Assembly (NCBI GenBank): GCA_965204745.1
Contig: OZ242010.1
Location: 608,001 to 672,000 of the forward strand
Source of the DNA: Candidatus Latescibacterota bacterium
Lineage (GTDB): Bacteria; Latescibacterota; UBA2968
DNA: 64,000 nt
Reading direction: 5' to 3'
Both the position numbers and the translations under genes were made by a program. Shown here piece after piece: positions 47,617 through 57,057 of this stretch (the stretch's first letter is position 1; each line of letters starts with the position of its first letter). The notes under the pieces are model-generated. The model searched no databases and had not been told where the DNA came from. It worked only from the letters and a program-made list of their open reading frames with translations.

Positions 47617-47735
47617 CTCGCGCCACGCCATCAGAACAGCCTAAGCCATCAAGGGTGCTTTACTCCCCTTTCCTCGTAGGCACAGGCGTAGCCTACAATG
47701 AGCGAAGCGAATAACGGGGCCGGGGGATAGGTCCC
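47617..47735. repeat. Repeat family A, half copy
   Basis: GCCATCAAGGGTGCTTTACTCCCCTTTCCT...GGGGGATAGGTCCC. Confidence 0.8.
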
Positions 47736-47845
47736 AACACAATCGCTCAAAATCAAGACAAAATAGAACAGTTTCGCCTTTTGCACAATACTTTGAATGG
47801 CTTGGCTGTGGAACTCTAAATAGGCTCAAGTGTCTCAAAATCAAA

Positions 47846-47874
47846 TTGACAGCACGCACAGGCAAGCGTACCAT
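47846..47874 (+). promoter_or_regulatory. Putative sigma70 promoter
   Basis: TTGACA-17 nt-TACCAT. Confidence 0.55.
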
Positions 47875-47909
47875 AACCCGCAACTGGGATCACACCACGG
47901 GAAACCGCA

Positions 47910-49235
47910 ATGAAAAAATATACGGCGACAGCGTTATGTCTCGCACTGCTTTTGGCAACGGCCTTTCTCGCGGCGCAAGAGACGGACCCCGCGGACTTCA
48001 ATGGCGATGGCGCGGTCGATTTCAGCGACTTTCTCCTCTTTGCACAGGGGTATGGCAAGTCCGCAGGGCAGGCCGATTTCAACGCCAAACTCGACCTCGA
48101 CGGCGATGGCACAATCGACTTTGACGACTTTCTCCGCTTTGTCACTGCTTTTGGCGGATCGTCTGGCATGACCGACCCACCGCCCGATGACGGGCCGCTG
48201 TTGCTCTACATCGCGGATTTGCTCGGCAACAAGGTTGAAGTACTCAACACGGAGACCAACCTCCTCGATCCCGGCCGAAGGCTCCTCGTCGAGCAACCCC
48301 GCGGCATCGCTGTTTCCAAGACCAACGAGCAAATTTACGTGGCGGCTATCGACACCTTCCACGCCTTTGACGAAGATGGATCGCCCGCGTTTCAACTTTC
48401 GCTCCAAATCCCGGCCGCGCCCGGCGTCATCAGTCGGGGCGGGTATCGCGTGGTGCTTTCGCCCGATCATCAATTTGCGTACCTCACCGAAGAAGCTGGC
48501 GCGGCAGTCGAAGTCATCGACGTGCTCGCGGGTCAGTCTATCGCCCGCATCGACATGCCGCCCGACCCGCGTGGCATCGTCATTTCGCCCGATGGCGCGA
48601 GGCTCTACGTCGGGCATGGCGATGGCGCGGACGCGATCTCTGTGATCGACACGGGCATCCCCGCGCTGATCGACAGCATCGCGGTGGGGCAAGCGGTCAA
48701 TCGGCTAGCCCTCTCGCCAGACGGGCAAACCCTGTATCTCAACAGCCAGTACACGGGCCGATTGCTCAAAGTCGATACCCGCACCCAAGCGATTGCCGAC
48801 AGCCTCTCGCTCGGGCAAGCGACCGACTTGGGCGTCCAAATCCGCGATGTCGCGCTTTCCGCGGATGGCACGCGCCTCGCCGCTTCCCTCAGCCGCACGT
48901 TATTGGGCTTTGATGCCTTGGGCAATCCCACGCCTGTTCTTTGGGGCGGCATTGCGGTTGTCGATACGCGCACTTGGACGCAAACCGCCGAAATTTTTCT
49001 CGGCGTGCTCGTGGCAAATATCGGCATGGCCCCCGACGGCAAAACCCTGTACGTCGCTGGTTTGGAAAACTTCGGCAACGCGGGTATTGGCAATTTGCAA
49101 ATTTTCATCGTCGATCTCGAGAACGAGGCTGCGCTGGGCACGATTCGCGGCCTTTCGGTGCCCGTGGCCTTTTCATTCAACGCATCCAAACCCGCGGTGC
49201 CCGTTTTTCGCGGCCCTGAGCTCATCGTTTTTTGA
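47910..49235 (+). CDS. Exported protein: dockerin/EF-hand-like pair + YVTN-type beta-propeller
   Basis: DFNGDGAVDFSDF and DLDGDGTIDFDDF, plus repeated SPDG..LYV blades. Confidence 0.82.
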   Translation: MKKYTATALCLALLLATAFLAAQETDPADFNGDGAVDFSDFLLFAQGYGKSAGQADFNAKLDLDGDGTIDFDDFLRFVTAFGGSSGMTDPPPDDGPLLLYIADLLGNKVEVLNTETNLLDPGRRLLVEQPRGIAVSKTNEQIYVAAIDTFHAFDEDGSPAFQLSLQIPAAPGVISRGGYRVVLSPDHQFAYLTEEAGAAVEVIDVLAGQSIARIDMPPDPRGIVISPDGARLYVGHGDGADAISVIDTGIPALIDSIAVGQAVNRLALSPDGQTLYLNSQYTGRLLKVDTRTQAIADSLSLGQATDLGVQIRDVALSADGTRLAASLSRTLLGFDALGNPTPVLWGGIAVVDTRTWTQTAEIFLGVLVANIGMAPDGKTLYVAGLENFGNAGIGNLQIFIVDLENEAALGTIRGLSVPVAFSFNASKPAVPVFRGPELIVF

Positions 49236-49250
49236 GGCGGTTGTCAGTAC

Positions 49251-49279
49251 TTGACAGGCGGTTGACCACGCCCTATATT
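49251..49279 (+). promoter_or_regulatory. Putative sigma70 promoter
   Basis: TTGACA-17 nt-TATATT. Confidence 0.55.
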
Positions 49280-49348
49280 GACAACCGCATTCGAGATTTT
49301 TTCACCTGCTACCGGACGCGCCGGTTGCGCCGAGAAAGGACGATTCCC

Positions 49349-50845
49349 ATGACATTTCGCAAGCGCGGACTCATCGTTGCCCTGACACTGGCTTTTGCCG
49401 CGGCCCCATCGCTCACCGCGACTGCGGAAGCCAAAGTGACCAAAGGGCAAGCCTCTGTTGCCAAACGCTCGGGCAAACTCTACATCAATCAGCGTCAATA
49501 CGACAAGGCATTGGAACAATACGCTATCGCGGCAGAAGGTCGCCCCGACGATTCGGAAGTCCAGTACTACTTGGGTTGGCTCTACGGGCAAAAAGAATTG
49601 TTCGAGGAAATGAACGAACACTACGATTTGGCCACGGACAAGAAGTGGAAAAAGAAAGTCGCGGCGGACCGCAAAGAGCTTTGGACGCGGTATTACAACC
49701 TGGGCGTCAAAGGGATGAACGCCCAAAAATTCGAGTTCGCGGTCGAGCAATTCAACCTCGCCATCACGATCAACCCCAAAGAAGCCGACGCGTTTGAGGG
49801 CTTGGCGATCACGCACCTCAATGCGGGCAATTCAGACGAGGGCATCGAGACGTACAAAAAAGCCCTTGAACTCAATTCGGAGAAGGCCCAGTCCTTTTTC
49901 AATGTCGGCGGCGCGCTGATGAACGCGAATCGGGTCGCGGAAGCCCTGGAGATGTTCCAAAAGGGCCACGCCATCGATCCCGAAGAGATCAATATTTTGC
50001 AAAACATGGCGATAGCCCAATACCGATTGGACGACAAAGAAGGCGCGTCTGAATCCGCGGAAAAAGCCTTGGCAATAGCGGGCGATGATCCCAAAATTTT
50101 GAACATCGCCGCGCAGATCTTCTTGCAGGCCGAAAACTTTGAAAAAGCCGCTGAAATCCTGGAAAAAGTGATCGAACTCCAACCCGAAAACAAGGACGCG
50201 CTGTTTAACCTCGCCCTAGCTTATCGGCAACTCGGCAAGGGCGATCAAGCCCTCGACTTCTTCCAAAAGAGCGTGGAAGCAAATCCCGACGATGTCGATT
50301 CCTGGTACCAACTCGGCTTGCTCGCGGACAAAATAGAATCGTTTGACCGAGCCGTCGAAGCCTTTGCCAAAGTCACCGAACTCCAACCCGACAATGCCCG
50401 CGCTTGGGCCGCGCTGTCCCGCGCTTATGCGCGCAAATCCGAAGTCTCGGAAGGCGAGGTCGCCGAAGAATGCGTCAAAAAAGCCACCGAAGCCTTCCAG
50501 ATGTACGAGGCACTACAGCCCGGTCACATTGAGTTGTCAGCAGACAAGATTTGCAACGAGTATGAAGATAATGAAGTTGCCGCAGACAAAAAATACAAGG
50601 GGGAAACTGTCCTTCTTCTTGGGGTAATCCGAGACATAGGCAAGTCCTTGACGAGTAAAAAGCCATATATTGTAATTGGTGGCAGTGGATTCCTTGAAGG
50701 AGTGCAATGCTTTTTTTTACGGGAGTCTTCAGTTGTAAGTCTTTCTAAAGGACAACAGGTAAGGGTCAAAGGGACCGTCCAAGGCAAAACGGAGGCCAAT
50801 TCTCTTTTCTATATTGTGGTTGACAATTGTAGCCTGATACATTAA
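49349..50845 (+). CDS. Exported TPR protein with C-terminal tRNA_anti-like OB-fold domain
   Basis: Signal peptide and many TPRs. The tail LSAD.I..EYEDNEVAADKKYKG...G.I.DI...LSKGQQVRVKGTV is typical of OB-fold tRNA_anti-like lipoproteins. Confidence 0.78.
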   Translation: MTFRKRGLIVALTLAFAAAPSLTATAEAKVTKGQASVAKRSGKLYINQRQYDKALEQYAIAAEGRPDDSEVQYYLGWLYGQKELFEEMNEHYDLATDKKWKKKVAADRKELWTRYYNLGVKGMNAQKFEFAVEQFNLAITINPKEADAFEGLAITHLNAGNSDEGIETYKKALELNSEKAQSFFNVGGALMNANRVAEALEMFQKGHAIDPEEINILQNMAIAQYRLDDKEGASESAEKALAIAGDDPKILNIAAQIFLQAENFEKAAEILEKVIELQPENKDALFNLALAYRQLGKGDQALDFFQKSVEANPDDVDSWYQLGLLADKIESFDRAVEAFAKVTELQPDNARAWAALSRAYARKSEVSEGEVAEECVKKATEAFQMYEALQPGHIELSADKICNEYEDNEVAADKKYKGETVLLLGVIRDIGKSLTSKKPYIVIGGSGFLEGVQCFFLRESSVVSLSKGQQVRVKGTVQGKTEANSLFYIVVDNCSLIH

Positions 50846-50861
50846 GTTCAAGAAATTCAAC

Positions 50862-50918
50862 ATGGCAAAATTTGATACTGTTGCCAAACACCTCACTAGA
50901 TGTTACGCGATTGGGTAA
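50862..50918 (+). pseudogene. Possible remnant of an Rpn-family gene start
   Basis: MAKFDTVAKHLTR resembles MAEYDTIPKQLIR of the Rpn at 2494. Very short. Confidence 0.35.
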
Positions 50919-51014
50919 GCGACAATGCTTATCTGACCGCTGTAACATCAGTGAAATCATTTATACAGCCCACCTATCAAGGCGTTGCCGACCATTTTAT
51001 GTTGGGAGGCGGAC

Positions 51015-52334
51015 ATGAAAATAAGACAGATCGATATTCACTCTCTGTTCGGGTATTTTGATCACGAGATACCCTTGAATGACCGTATTACCATCATCCA
51101 CGGACCAAATGGGGTCGGTAAGACGACGATTCTCCGTCTTGTCCATGATCTCTTCAAACGGCGGTTTCACTCATTGCTCAATACGCCCTTTGACCGCATT
51201 GTGATCCATTTCAAACCCAAAGGTAGCCTGACAGTTATTCGGATTGAAAGAGAAAAGTTGCAATTTATCTACAACATGGGGAAAGGACAGACCGAGCAAC
51301 ATGATTTGTCTATAAATACACAAAAAATTCTCAGAAAATATCCACCCCATTTCCTCGAAAGGATGATTGATCATATTGAACGTGTTGGTCCATCTGAGTG
51401 GTATGATGAAATCACGGGCCAGACCATGTCTTTTGATGATGTCATTCTCCGTTATGGACACTTTTTATCTCCCGATATTCGCGAATCCATCATCTCAGTT
51501 CCAGATGAAATAGAGCGCTTATTAAAAAAAATCAATATTGTCGTTGTTGAAACTCAGAGACTCTTTACAAGGCATAAAAATGGGGAATTTGTGCCTCGCT
51601 ATAGAAGAGAAGTTCCTGTCCAACGAGTGACAGTAGAGCAATACTCGGAGGATATGGTCTCCAAAATAGAAAAATGCCAACGGGAATCTGGTGAGATTGG
51701 ATCGTCTTTAGACAGTTCTTTTCCCCAACGACTTTTAGAAGCACAAATTCCTCTGGTAGCGACAAAAGAGAACATACAGAAAGAATATGACCTTCAGTCA
51801 GAATATAGAGATCGCTTGATAAAGGCTGGTCTCCTTACTGTTGAAACATCAATTCCTCTAACCCCCGAAGGCTTGGCAGAACATGAGAGGAAGGTTTTAG
51901 CGGTTTACCTCCATGATGTGAAAAAGAAATTGGCTGTATTTGAGGAACTTCTCCCTCAGATAGAACTGTTCAAAGATATCGTCAACTCGCACTTTTTGTA
52001 TAAGAAATTCAAGATAGACACAGAGAAAGGTGGTTTCGTTTTCGAGTCGGAGCACGATGGGTCTATTGTGCCCCCAACAGCACTGTCCTCTGGTGAGCAA
52101 CATGAAATTGTCCTGACATACGGACTTTTGTTCAAGGCATCGTCGGGTTCTCTCATTCTTATAGATGAACCAGAGTTGTCTCTTCACGTCACATGGCAGA
52201 GAAAGTTTCTCGAGGATATCGCTAAGATATCCGAGTTGGCTGACCTCAACTTCCTCGTCGCTACCCATTCTCCATCTATCATTAATAACCGGCGCAATCT
52301 CATGGTTAGGTTGGCAGGTGAACAGGAAGGCTGA
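51015..52334 (+). CDS. ABC-type (AAA_15/AAA_21) ATPase, PARIS AriA-like
   Basis: GPNGVGKT, LSSGE, LILIDEPELSLH, ATHSP. AT-rich. Confidence 0.82.
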   Translation: MKIRQIDIHSLFGYFDHEIPLNDRITIIHGPNGVGKTTILRLVHDLFKRRFHSLLNTPFDRIVIHFKPKGSLTVIRIEREKLQFIYNMGKGQTEQHDLSINTQKILRKYPPHFLERMIDHIERVGPSEWYDEITGQTMSFDDVILRYGHFLSPDIRESIISVPDEIERLLKKINIVVVETQRLFTRHKNGEFVPRYRREVPVQRVTVEQYSEDMVSKIEKCQRESGEIGSSLDSSFPQRLLEAQIPLVATKENIQKEYDLQSEYRDRLIKAGLLTVETSIPLTPEGLAEHERKVLAVYLHDVKKKLAVFEELLPQIELFKDIVNSHFLYKKFKIDTEKGGFVFESEHDGSIVPPTALSSGEQHEIVLTYGLLFKASSGSLILIDEPELSLHVTWQRKFLEDIAKISELADLNFLVATHSPSIINNRRNLMVRLAGEQEG

Positions 52335-52338
52335 CATT

Positions 52339-53193
52339 ATGGATCAGACAGGCGACTCCATTGCCAATGAATTTCTTCTCTTACGCGACACATACAAAGG
52401 ACCTGTGCTCATCCTCGAGGGAGATAATGACGAGAAACTTTTCCGCCGATTTGTCGAAGATTCCGAAATGGAGATCATTTCTGCTTTGGGGAAGGAGAAT
52501 GTTCTCGGTGCCGTTGAAATTCTCGAATCGCATGATGATGTACAGGGCTTCCTGGGAATAGTCGATGCCGATTTTGGACACGTTGATGGTTCGTTGCCAA
52601 CTTCTGAAAATATAGTCGTTACGGACGACCACGATGTCGAAATGATGATCATTAAAACCAAGGCATTTAGCGAGGTCTTGAGGGAGTTGGGTTCAGACGA
52701 CAAAATTAGCAATTTTCCTGGTGGAGAACGAGGAGTACGTCCTGCCCTGATGCAGGAAGCACTGATTATAGGCCACCTCCGCCACTTGTCTGTAACCGAC
52801 GATCTTCGCTTGCGCTTTGAGGGGCTTCGCTTTGAACTATTCGTCGACCGCGATTCGGTAAAAATGAATTTGAACAAAATGATAAATAACGTTTTTGAGT
52901 TGACGAGAAATCCACAATTAGAGATGAGAGATATTCGAGACAGGTTATTGGAACTTGGAAAAGATGCGACCGACGATCCGTATCAAATCTGCTGTGGGCA
53001 CGACTTCATCGCGATCTTTGGCATTGCCTTGAGAAAGGTTGTGGGAAGCTTGGCAAAGCAAGAGAGGGACCCTCAAAAACTGGGCATTGCGTTGCGTCTT
53101 GCGTACGACAGCGCAGATTTTCGCCAAACCAAACTCTACTCCGATGCAAAGCAGTGGTCTAAAAGGAATCGAGGCTACGACATATTCGGTTGA
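52339..53193 (+). CDS. DUF4435/TOPRIM protein, PARIS AriB-like
   Basis: LEGDND, GKENV, GIVDADF, TDDHDVE, CGHD; directly follows the ATPase. Confidence 0.78.
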   Translation: MDQTGDSIANEFLLLRDTYKGPVLILEGDNDEKLFRRFVEDSEMEIISALGKENVLGAVEILESHDDVQGFLGIVDADFGHVDGSLPTSENIVVTDDHDVEMMIIKTKAFSEVLRELGSDDKISNFPGGERGVRPALMQEALIIGHLRHLSVTDDLRLRFEGLRFELFVDRDSVKMNLNKMINNVFELTRNPQLEMRDIRDRLLELGKDATDDPYQICCGHDFIAIFGIALRKVVGSLAKQERDPQKLGIALRLAYDSADFRQTKLYSDAKQWSKRNRGYDIFG

Positions 53194-53239
53194 GAAGCGA
53201 ATTTTACAGTCCACAGCACGATCCATTCGTCTCACACTC

Positions 53240-53269
53240 AAAACCCCGTGCAATAAGTGCGGGGTTTTC
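53240..53269. terminator. Putative intrinsic terminator
   Basis: AAAACCCCG..CGGGGTTTT hairpin. Confidence 0.5.
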
Positions 53270-53314
53270 TAACGTACGTTCACATTCACCATCCACCTTC
53301 ACGAGGAATTTTCC

Positions 53315-54325
53315 ATGTATTTGACAGATGAAAAAGTTGCTGTATTGGGCGCGGCTGGGGCCATTGGCTCCAACTTGTCGCAAACGCTCTTGGCGTCGGG
53401 CACGGGGTCTCGCGTGGCGATGTACGACCCCTTCGCGCCGGGCCTCGAAGGCGCGGCAGAGGAGGTCTATCATTGCAGCTTTCCCAATGCCGAGGTCACT
53501 TGGACGACCGAGATCGCCGAAGCACTCGAAGGCGCGTCTTATGTCATCAGTTCCGGGGGCGCGCCGCGCAAAGAGGGCATGACCCGCGAAGACCTGCGCC
53601 GCGACAATGCGGAAATCGCCAAGCAACTCGGCTTGGACATCAAACAGCACTGCCCAAATTGCAAGTTTGTCATCATCATTTTTAACCCCGCGGACATCAC
53701 GGGCCTGACCACGCTGGTGCATTCCGGACTCGCCCCCGGGCGCGTCACCACCTTGGCCGCGCTGGACAGCACGCGCTTGCAAACCCGACTGGCGCAGCAC
53801 TTCGGCATTTTGCAGAGCAAAGTCACCGGTTGCCGCACGTACGGCGGGCACGGCGAACAGATGGCCGTCTTCATCGGCGGCATCCAAATCGACGGCATCC
53901 CCTTGACCGACATTCTCGCTGGGCAAAGCGTCAATGGCGTGGGCCTAAGTGCCGAAGCCTGGGCCGATGTGCAAGAACATGTGCGCGGTGGCGGGGCGCG
54001 CATCATCGACCTGCGCGGCCGTTCTTCCTTCCAATCGCCGGCGCAACAAAGCGTGTTTATGTTGCGCGGGGTTTTGGGCGAATCCTACTCCTGGCCCTGT
54101 GGCGCGTATCTCGATGCCGAGGGGTTCGACCACATCATGATGGCGATGCCCGCGACCCTGTCCGAGGCAGGCGTGCAGTGGTCCATGCCCGAAGGCACGG
54201 CAGACGACCTGGTCGCATTGCGCGACTCCTACGATCATCTCGTAGCCCTGCGCGATCAGACCATTGCAGATGGCATTTTGCCGCCTATCGCCGAATGGCG
54301 CGACAGCAACCCCAACCTCGGTTAA
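53315..54325 (+). CDS. mdh: Malate dehydrogenase
   Basis: GAAGAIG, GGAPRKEGMTREDL, NPAD, LDSTR, GGHGE. Confidence 0.9.
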   Translation: MYLTDEKVAVLGAAGAIGSNLSQTLLASGTGSRVAMYDPFAPGLEGAAEEVYHCSFPNAEVTWTTEIAEALEGASYVISSGGAPRKEGMTREDLRRDNAEIAKQLGLDIKQHCPNCKFVIIIFNPADITGLTTLVHSGLAPGRVTTLAALDSTRLQTRLAQHFGILQSKVTGCRTYGGHGEQMAVFIGGIQIDGIPLTDILAGQSVNGVGLSAEAWADVQEHVRGGGARIIDLRGRSSFQSPAQQSVFMLRGVLGESYSWPCGAYLDAEGFDHIMMAMPATLSEAGVQWSMPEGTADDLVALRDSYDHLVALRDQTIADGILPPIAEWRDSNPNLG

Positions 54326-54329
54326 TCCC

Positions 54330-55421
54330 ATGCCCTATTCTCCCGTCGGTCGACCCATCCACGCGCTCGACACGCCCGCCCTGCTCGTCGATCTCGACAA
54401 AATGGAAAACAACATCCGGCGCATGGCCGCGCGGTGTCGAGACAGCGGCTTGCACTGGCGGCCCCACGCCAAGGGCCACAAAACCCCGGCCATTGCCCAC
54501 GCGGAATTGCGCGCAGGAGCTATCGGCATCACTTGTGCCAAACTCGGGGAAGCCGAGGTCTTTGCCGATGCGGGTATTGCGGACATCCTCATCGCCAACC
54601 AAATCGTCGGAAACCAAAAAATCGCCCGCTTGGTCAACCTGTGCCGGCGCGCAGACGTGATGGTGGCCGTCGATGACCCGGTTCACATCCAAGCCATCAG
54701 CGACGCGGCAACGGGTATCGGGGTCGCCGTGCGCGTGCTCGTCGAAGTCGATGTGGGCATGCAACGCTGCGGCGTTTCCCCGGGCGCGCCCACCCTCGCG
54801 CTCGCCCGCCGAGCACGCGATGCGCCGGGGGTGATCTTCGCGGGCCTGATGGGCTACGAAGGCCACGCCATGGGCATGGACGATCCGCAAAAAGAAGCCG
54901 CGTGCCGCAAGGCGGTCAAAATCCTCGCAGAGACTCGGCGTTCGCTCCAGCGCGAGGGCCTCCCCGTCGAAATCGTCAGCGCGGGCGGCACGGGCACGCT
55001 GGCCTTTACCCCGGACTATCCCGGAATCACGGAAATTCAGGCCGGCGGCGGGATTTTCATGGACACCTATTACCGGGACAAACTCCATGTGCGCGGGTTG
55101 GAACAAGCCCTCACTGTGCTGACCACGGTGATCAGCCGTGCGGCCCCCGACCGCGCAGTTGCCGATGCCGGGCGCAAGACCACGAGCAATTACGGCACCT
55201 TGCCCGAAGTCAAAGACCGCACCGATGTCGTCGTCACGGGCCTGTCCGCCGAACACGCCGGCCTGCGCCTGACGAACAGCGATCTCAAAATCGGCGACAA
55301 AATTCAATTCATCTCCGGCTATTCCGACATGAGCGTGTTCTTGCACGACCAACTCTACGGCACGCGCAACGGTCATGTGGAGGTCGTCTGGGATATTCTG
55401 GCGCGCGGCAAAAAACAATGA
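54330..55421 (+). CDS. DSD1/D-threonine-aldolase-like PLP enzyme (alanine racemase fold)
   Basis: TPALLVDLD, WRPHAKGHK, GLMGYEGH, SAGGTG, SAEH. Confidence 0.87.
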   Translation: MPYSPVGRPIHALDTPALLVDLDKMENNIRRMAARCRDSGLHWRPHAKGHKTPAIAHAELRAGAIGITCAKLGEAEVFADAGIADILIANQIVGNQKIARLVNLCRRADVMVAVDDPVHIQAISDAATGIGVAVRVLVEVDVGMQRCGVSPGAPTLALARRARDAPGVIFAGLMGYEGHAMGMDDPQKEAACRKAVKILAETRRSLQREGLPVEIVSAGGTGTLAFTPDYPGITEIQAGGGIFMDTYYRDKLHVRGLEQALTVLTTVISRAAPDRAVADAGRKTTSNYGTLPEVKDRTDVVVTGLSAEHAGLRLTNSDLKIGDKIQFISGYSDMSVFLHDQLYGTRNGHVEVVWDILARGKKQ

Positions 55422-56635
55422 TCGCCCTCCGCTCACTTTTCTTTTTCGCGCTCATCCCCGCTTCATTCGCCTGTGCCCAAACGGATTCGACCGCTGTGCT
55501 GTCCGTGCAGTGCCGCGATGCCGACACCGGCGCGGGCCTGCCCTACATCGCGGTCGTTTTCCGCGACTCGAGCGCGTTGCCCAGCGTGCACATTGCGGAT
55601 CTCTATGGCCGCGTAGAAGTCGAAGGGCTTTTGCCCGGCACCATCCACATCCAAGCGCGCCACCAGCACTATGCCTCGGCAGATACGGCTTTGGTTCTCC
55701 CGCGTGGGATGATTGCCCACATCCAACTTTCCCTTTCCCCCATCCCCATGCGCTTGCGCGATGAAACGCCCGTGCAAACGCTTTCCGCGCCCGAGTTGAT
55801 CCGCCGCCTCATCGCACGCCCTCGCCTGGACTATCTCCACGCGCACAACGCGGAATTGCGGGCGTACGCATTTGACGCGTACAGCAACCAACAGGTGATC
55901 GACCGCAGAACAGACGCCCCGGTCGCGGGCATCGAATACACCATCACGGGCTATTACCGCGCCCCGGATAGCCTCGTGCAACACATTACGGGCATCCGCA
56001 ACTGGGGCAGATGGCGGTTGAGCGTTTCCCCTGGCCTCGCGCAAACCCCTGCACGCGGCACGGTGGGCGACCAACCCTTTGACCTTGCGCGCCACCCCTT
56101 GGGCGCAGACGCGCTCGACCACTACCACTTTGAACGCATTTCCACAGTGCAAGTGGGCGATCTTCACGTCTCGCGCCTCGGCGTCTCACCTCGGCACGGG
56201 CACACCCCCGGCCTGCTTGGGGACATCTGGATCGCCCGGGACGACTTCTCGCTCGTGGGCTATGACCTGCGCCTCAACTTGCCCGGGCTGAGACAGTTGC
56301 GCGGCATCGAACACTGGCAGGTCTATCAGCAAAACACGCGCTACCTCAACCGACACTGGCTACCCGCCCGCCAAATTTGGACCATCAAAACCCGGGACTG
56401 GACCGCCCGCGCAACCACGCGCTGCCATCGCTACGACCTCAACCCGATCCTGTCCGATGCAATTTTCGACGCGCCCGAAATCGTCATCCTACCCGCCGCC
56501 ACCCGCAGGGACAGTGCATTCTGGGCCATGCACGCCACGGCCCGCGACACCGCGCACATCCTCATGCACAGTGACCTCCTCCACGACAACCTGCCCGCAG
56601 CGTGGCAAAAAGCAACCACCGATAACCACAGATAA
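55418..56635 (+). CDS. Exported carboxypeptidase-regulatory-like / DUF5686-like protein
   Basis: Signal peptide, DADTGAGLPY, HPLGADALDHYHF, GDIWI...F, RDSAFW. ATGA overlap with the upstream gene. Confidence 0.6.
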   Translation: MIALRSLFFFALIPASFACAQTDSTAVLSVQCRDADTGAGLPYIAVVFRDSSALPSVHIADLYGRVEVEGLLPGTIHIQARHQHYASADTALVLPRGMIAHIQLSLSPIPMRLRDETPVQTLSAPELIRRLIARPRLDYLHAHNAELRAYAFDAYSNQQVIDRRTDAPVAGIEYTITGYYRAPDSLVQHITGIRNWGRWRLSVSPGLAQTPARGTVGDQPFDLARHPLGADALDHYHFERISTVQVGDLHVSRLGVSPRHGHTPGLLGDIWIARDDFSLVGYDLRLNLPGLRQLRGIEHWQVYQQNTRYLNRHWLPARQIWTIKTRDWTARATTRCHRYDLNPILSDAIFDAPEIVILPAATRRDSAFWAMHATARDTAHILMHSDLLHDNLPAAWQKATTDNHR

Positions 56636-57050
56636 ACGCGGATAAAAGGCAAAAGGGCGTTGCCTATGCTTGCGTCTGCGAGACGAATAGCCGTAGGGCG
56701 GAGGCGGGCCGGACACGCACGGGCGGTTGGGCGGCGAGGGGAGGCCGCACGGGTGGATGAGTGGCGAGGGGAGGCACGCACGGGTGGAGGGGCATGGAGG
56801 CGGGGACTGACAACTGACCGCTTGGGGTCTTGGAATTGGGCAACCTTCTCACGTCTCGCATCTTTGGGCGAGCACGGGGGCATCGCCCCTACGAAGAGGG
56901 TTGGGCGGGGCGGCCTGACAACTGACAACTGACAACTGACCGCTTAGGGTCTTGGAATTGGGCAACCTTCTCACGTCTCACTTCTCACGTCTCACGTCTC
57001 ACTTCTTACTTCTTACTTCTTACTTCTTACGTCTTCCTTCTCACGTCTTA
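56620..57050. repeat. Mosaic intergenic repeat cluster
   Basis: Modules shared with 44590..44775 and 58330..58472; (CTGACAA)n, (TCTCACG)n and (TTCTTAC)n heptamers. Confidence 0.8.
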
Positions 57051-57057
57051 CCTTTTT

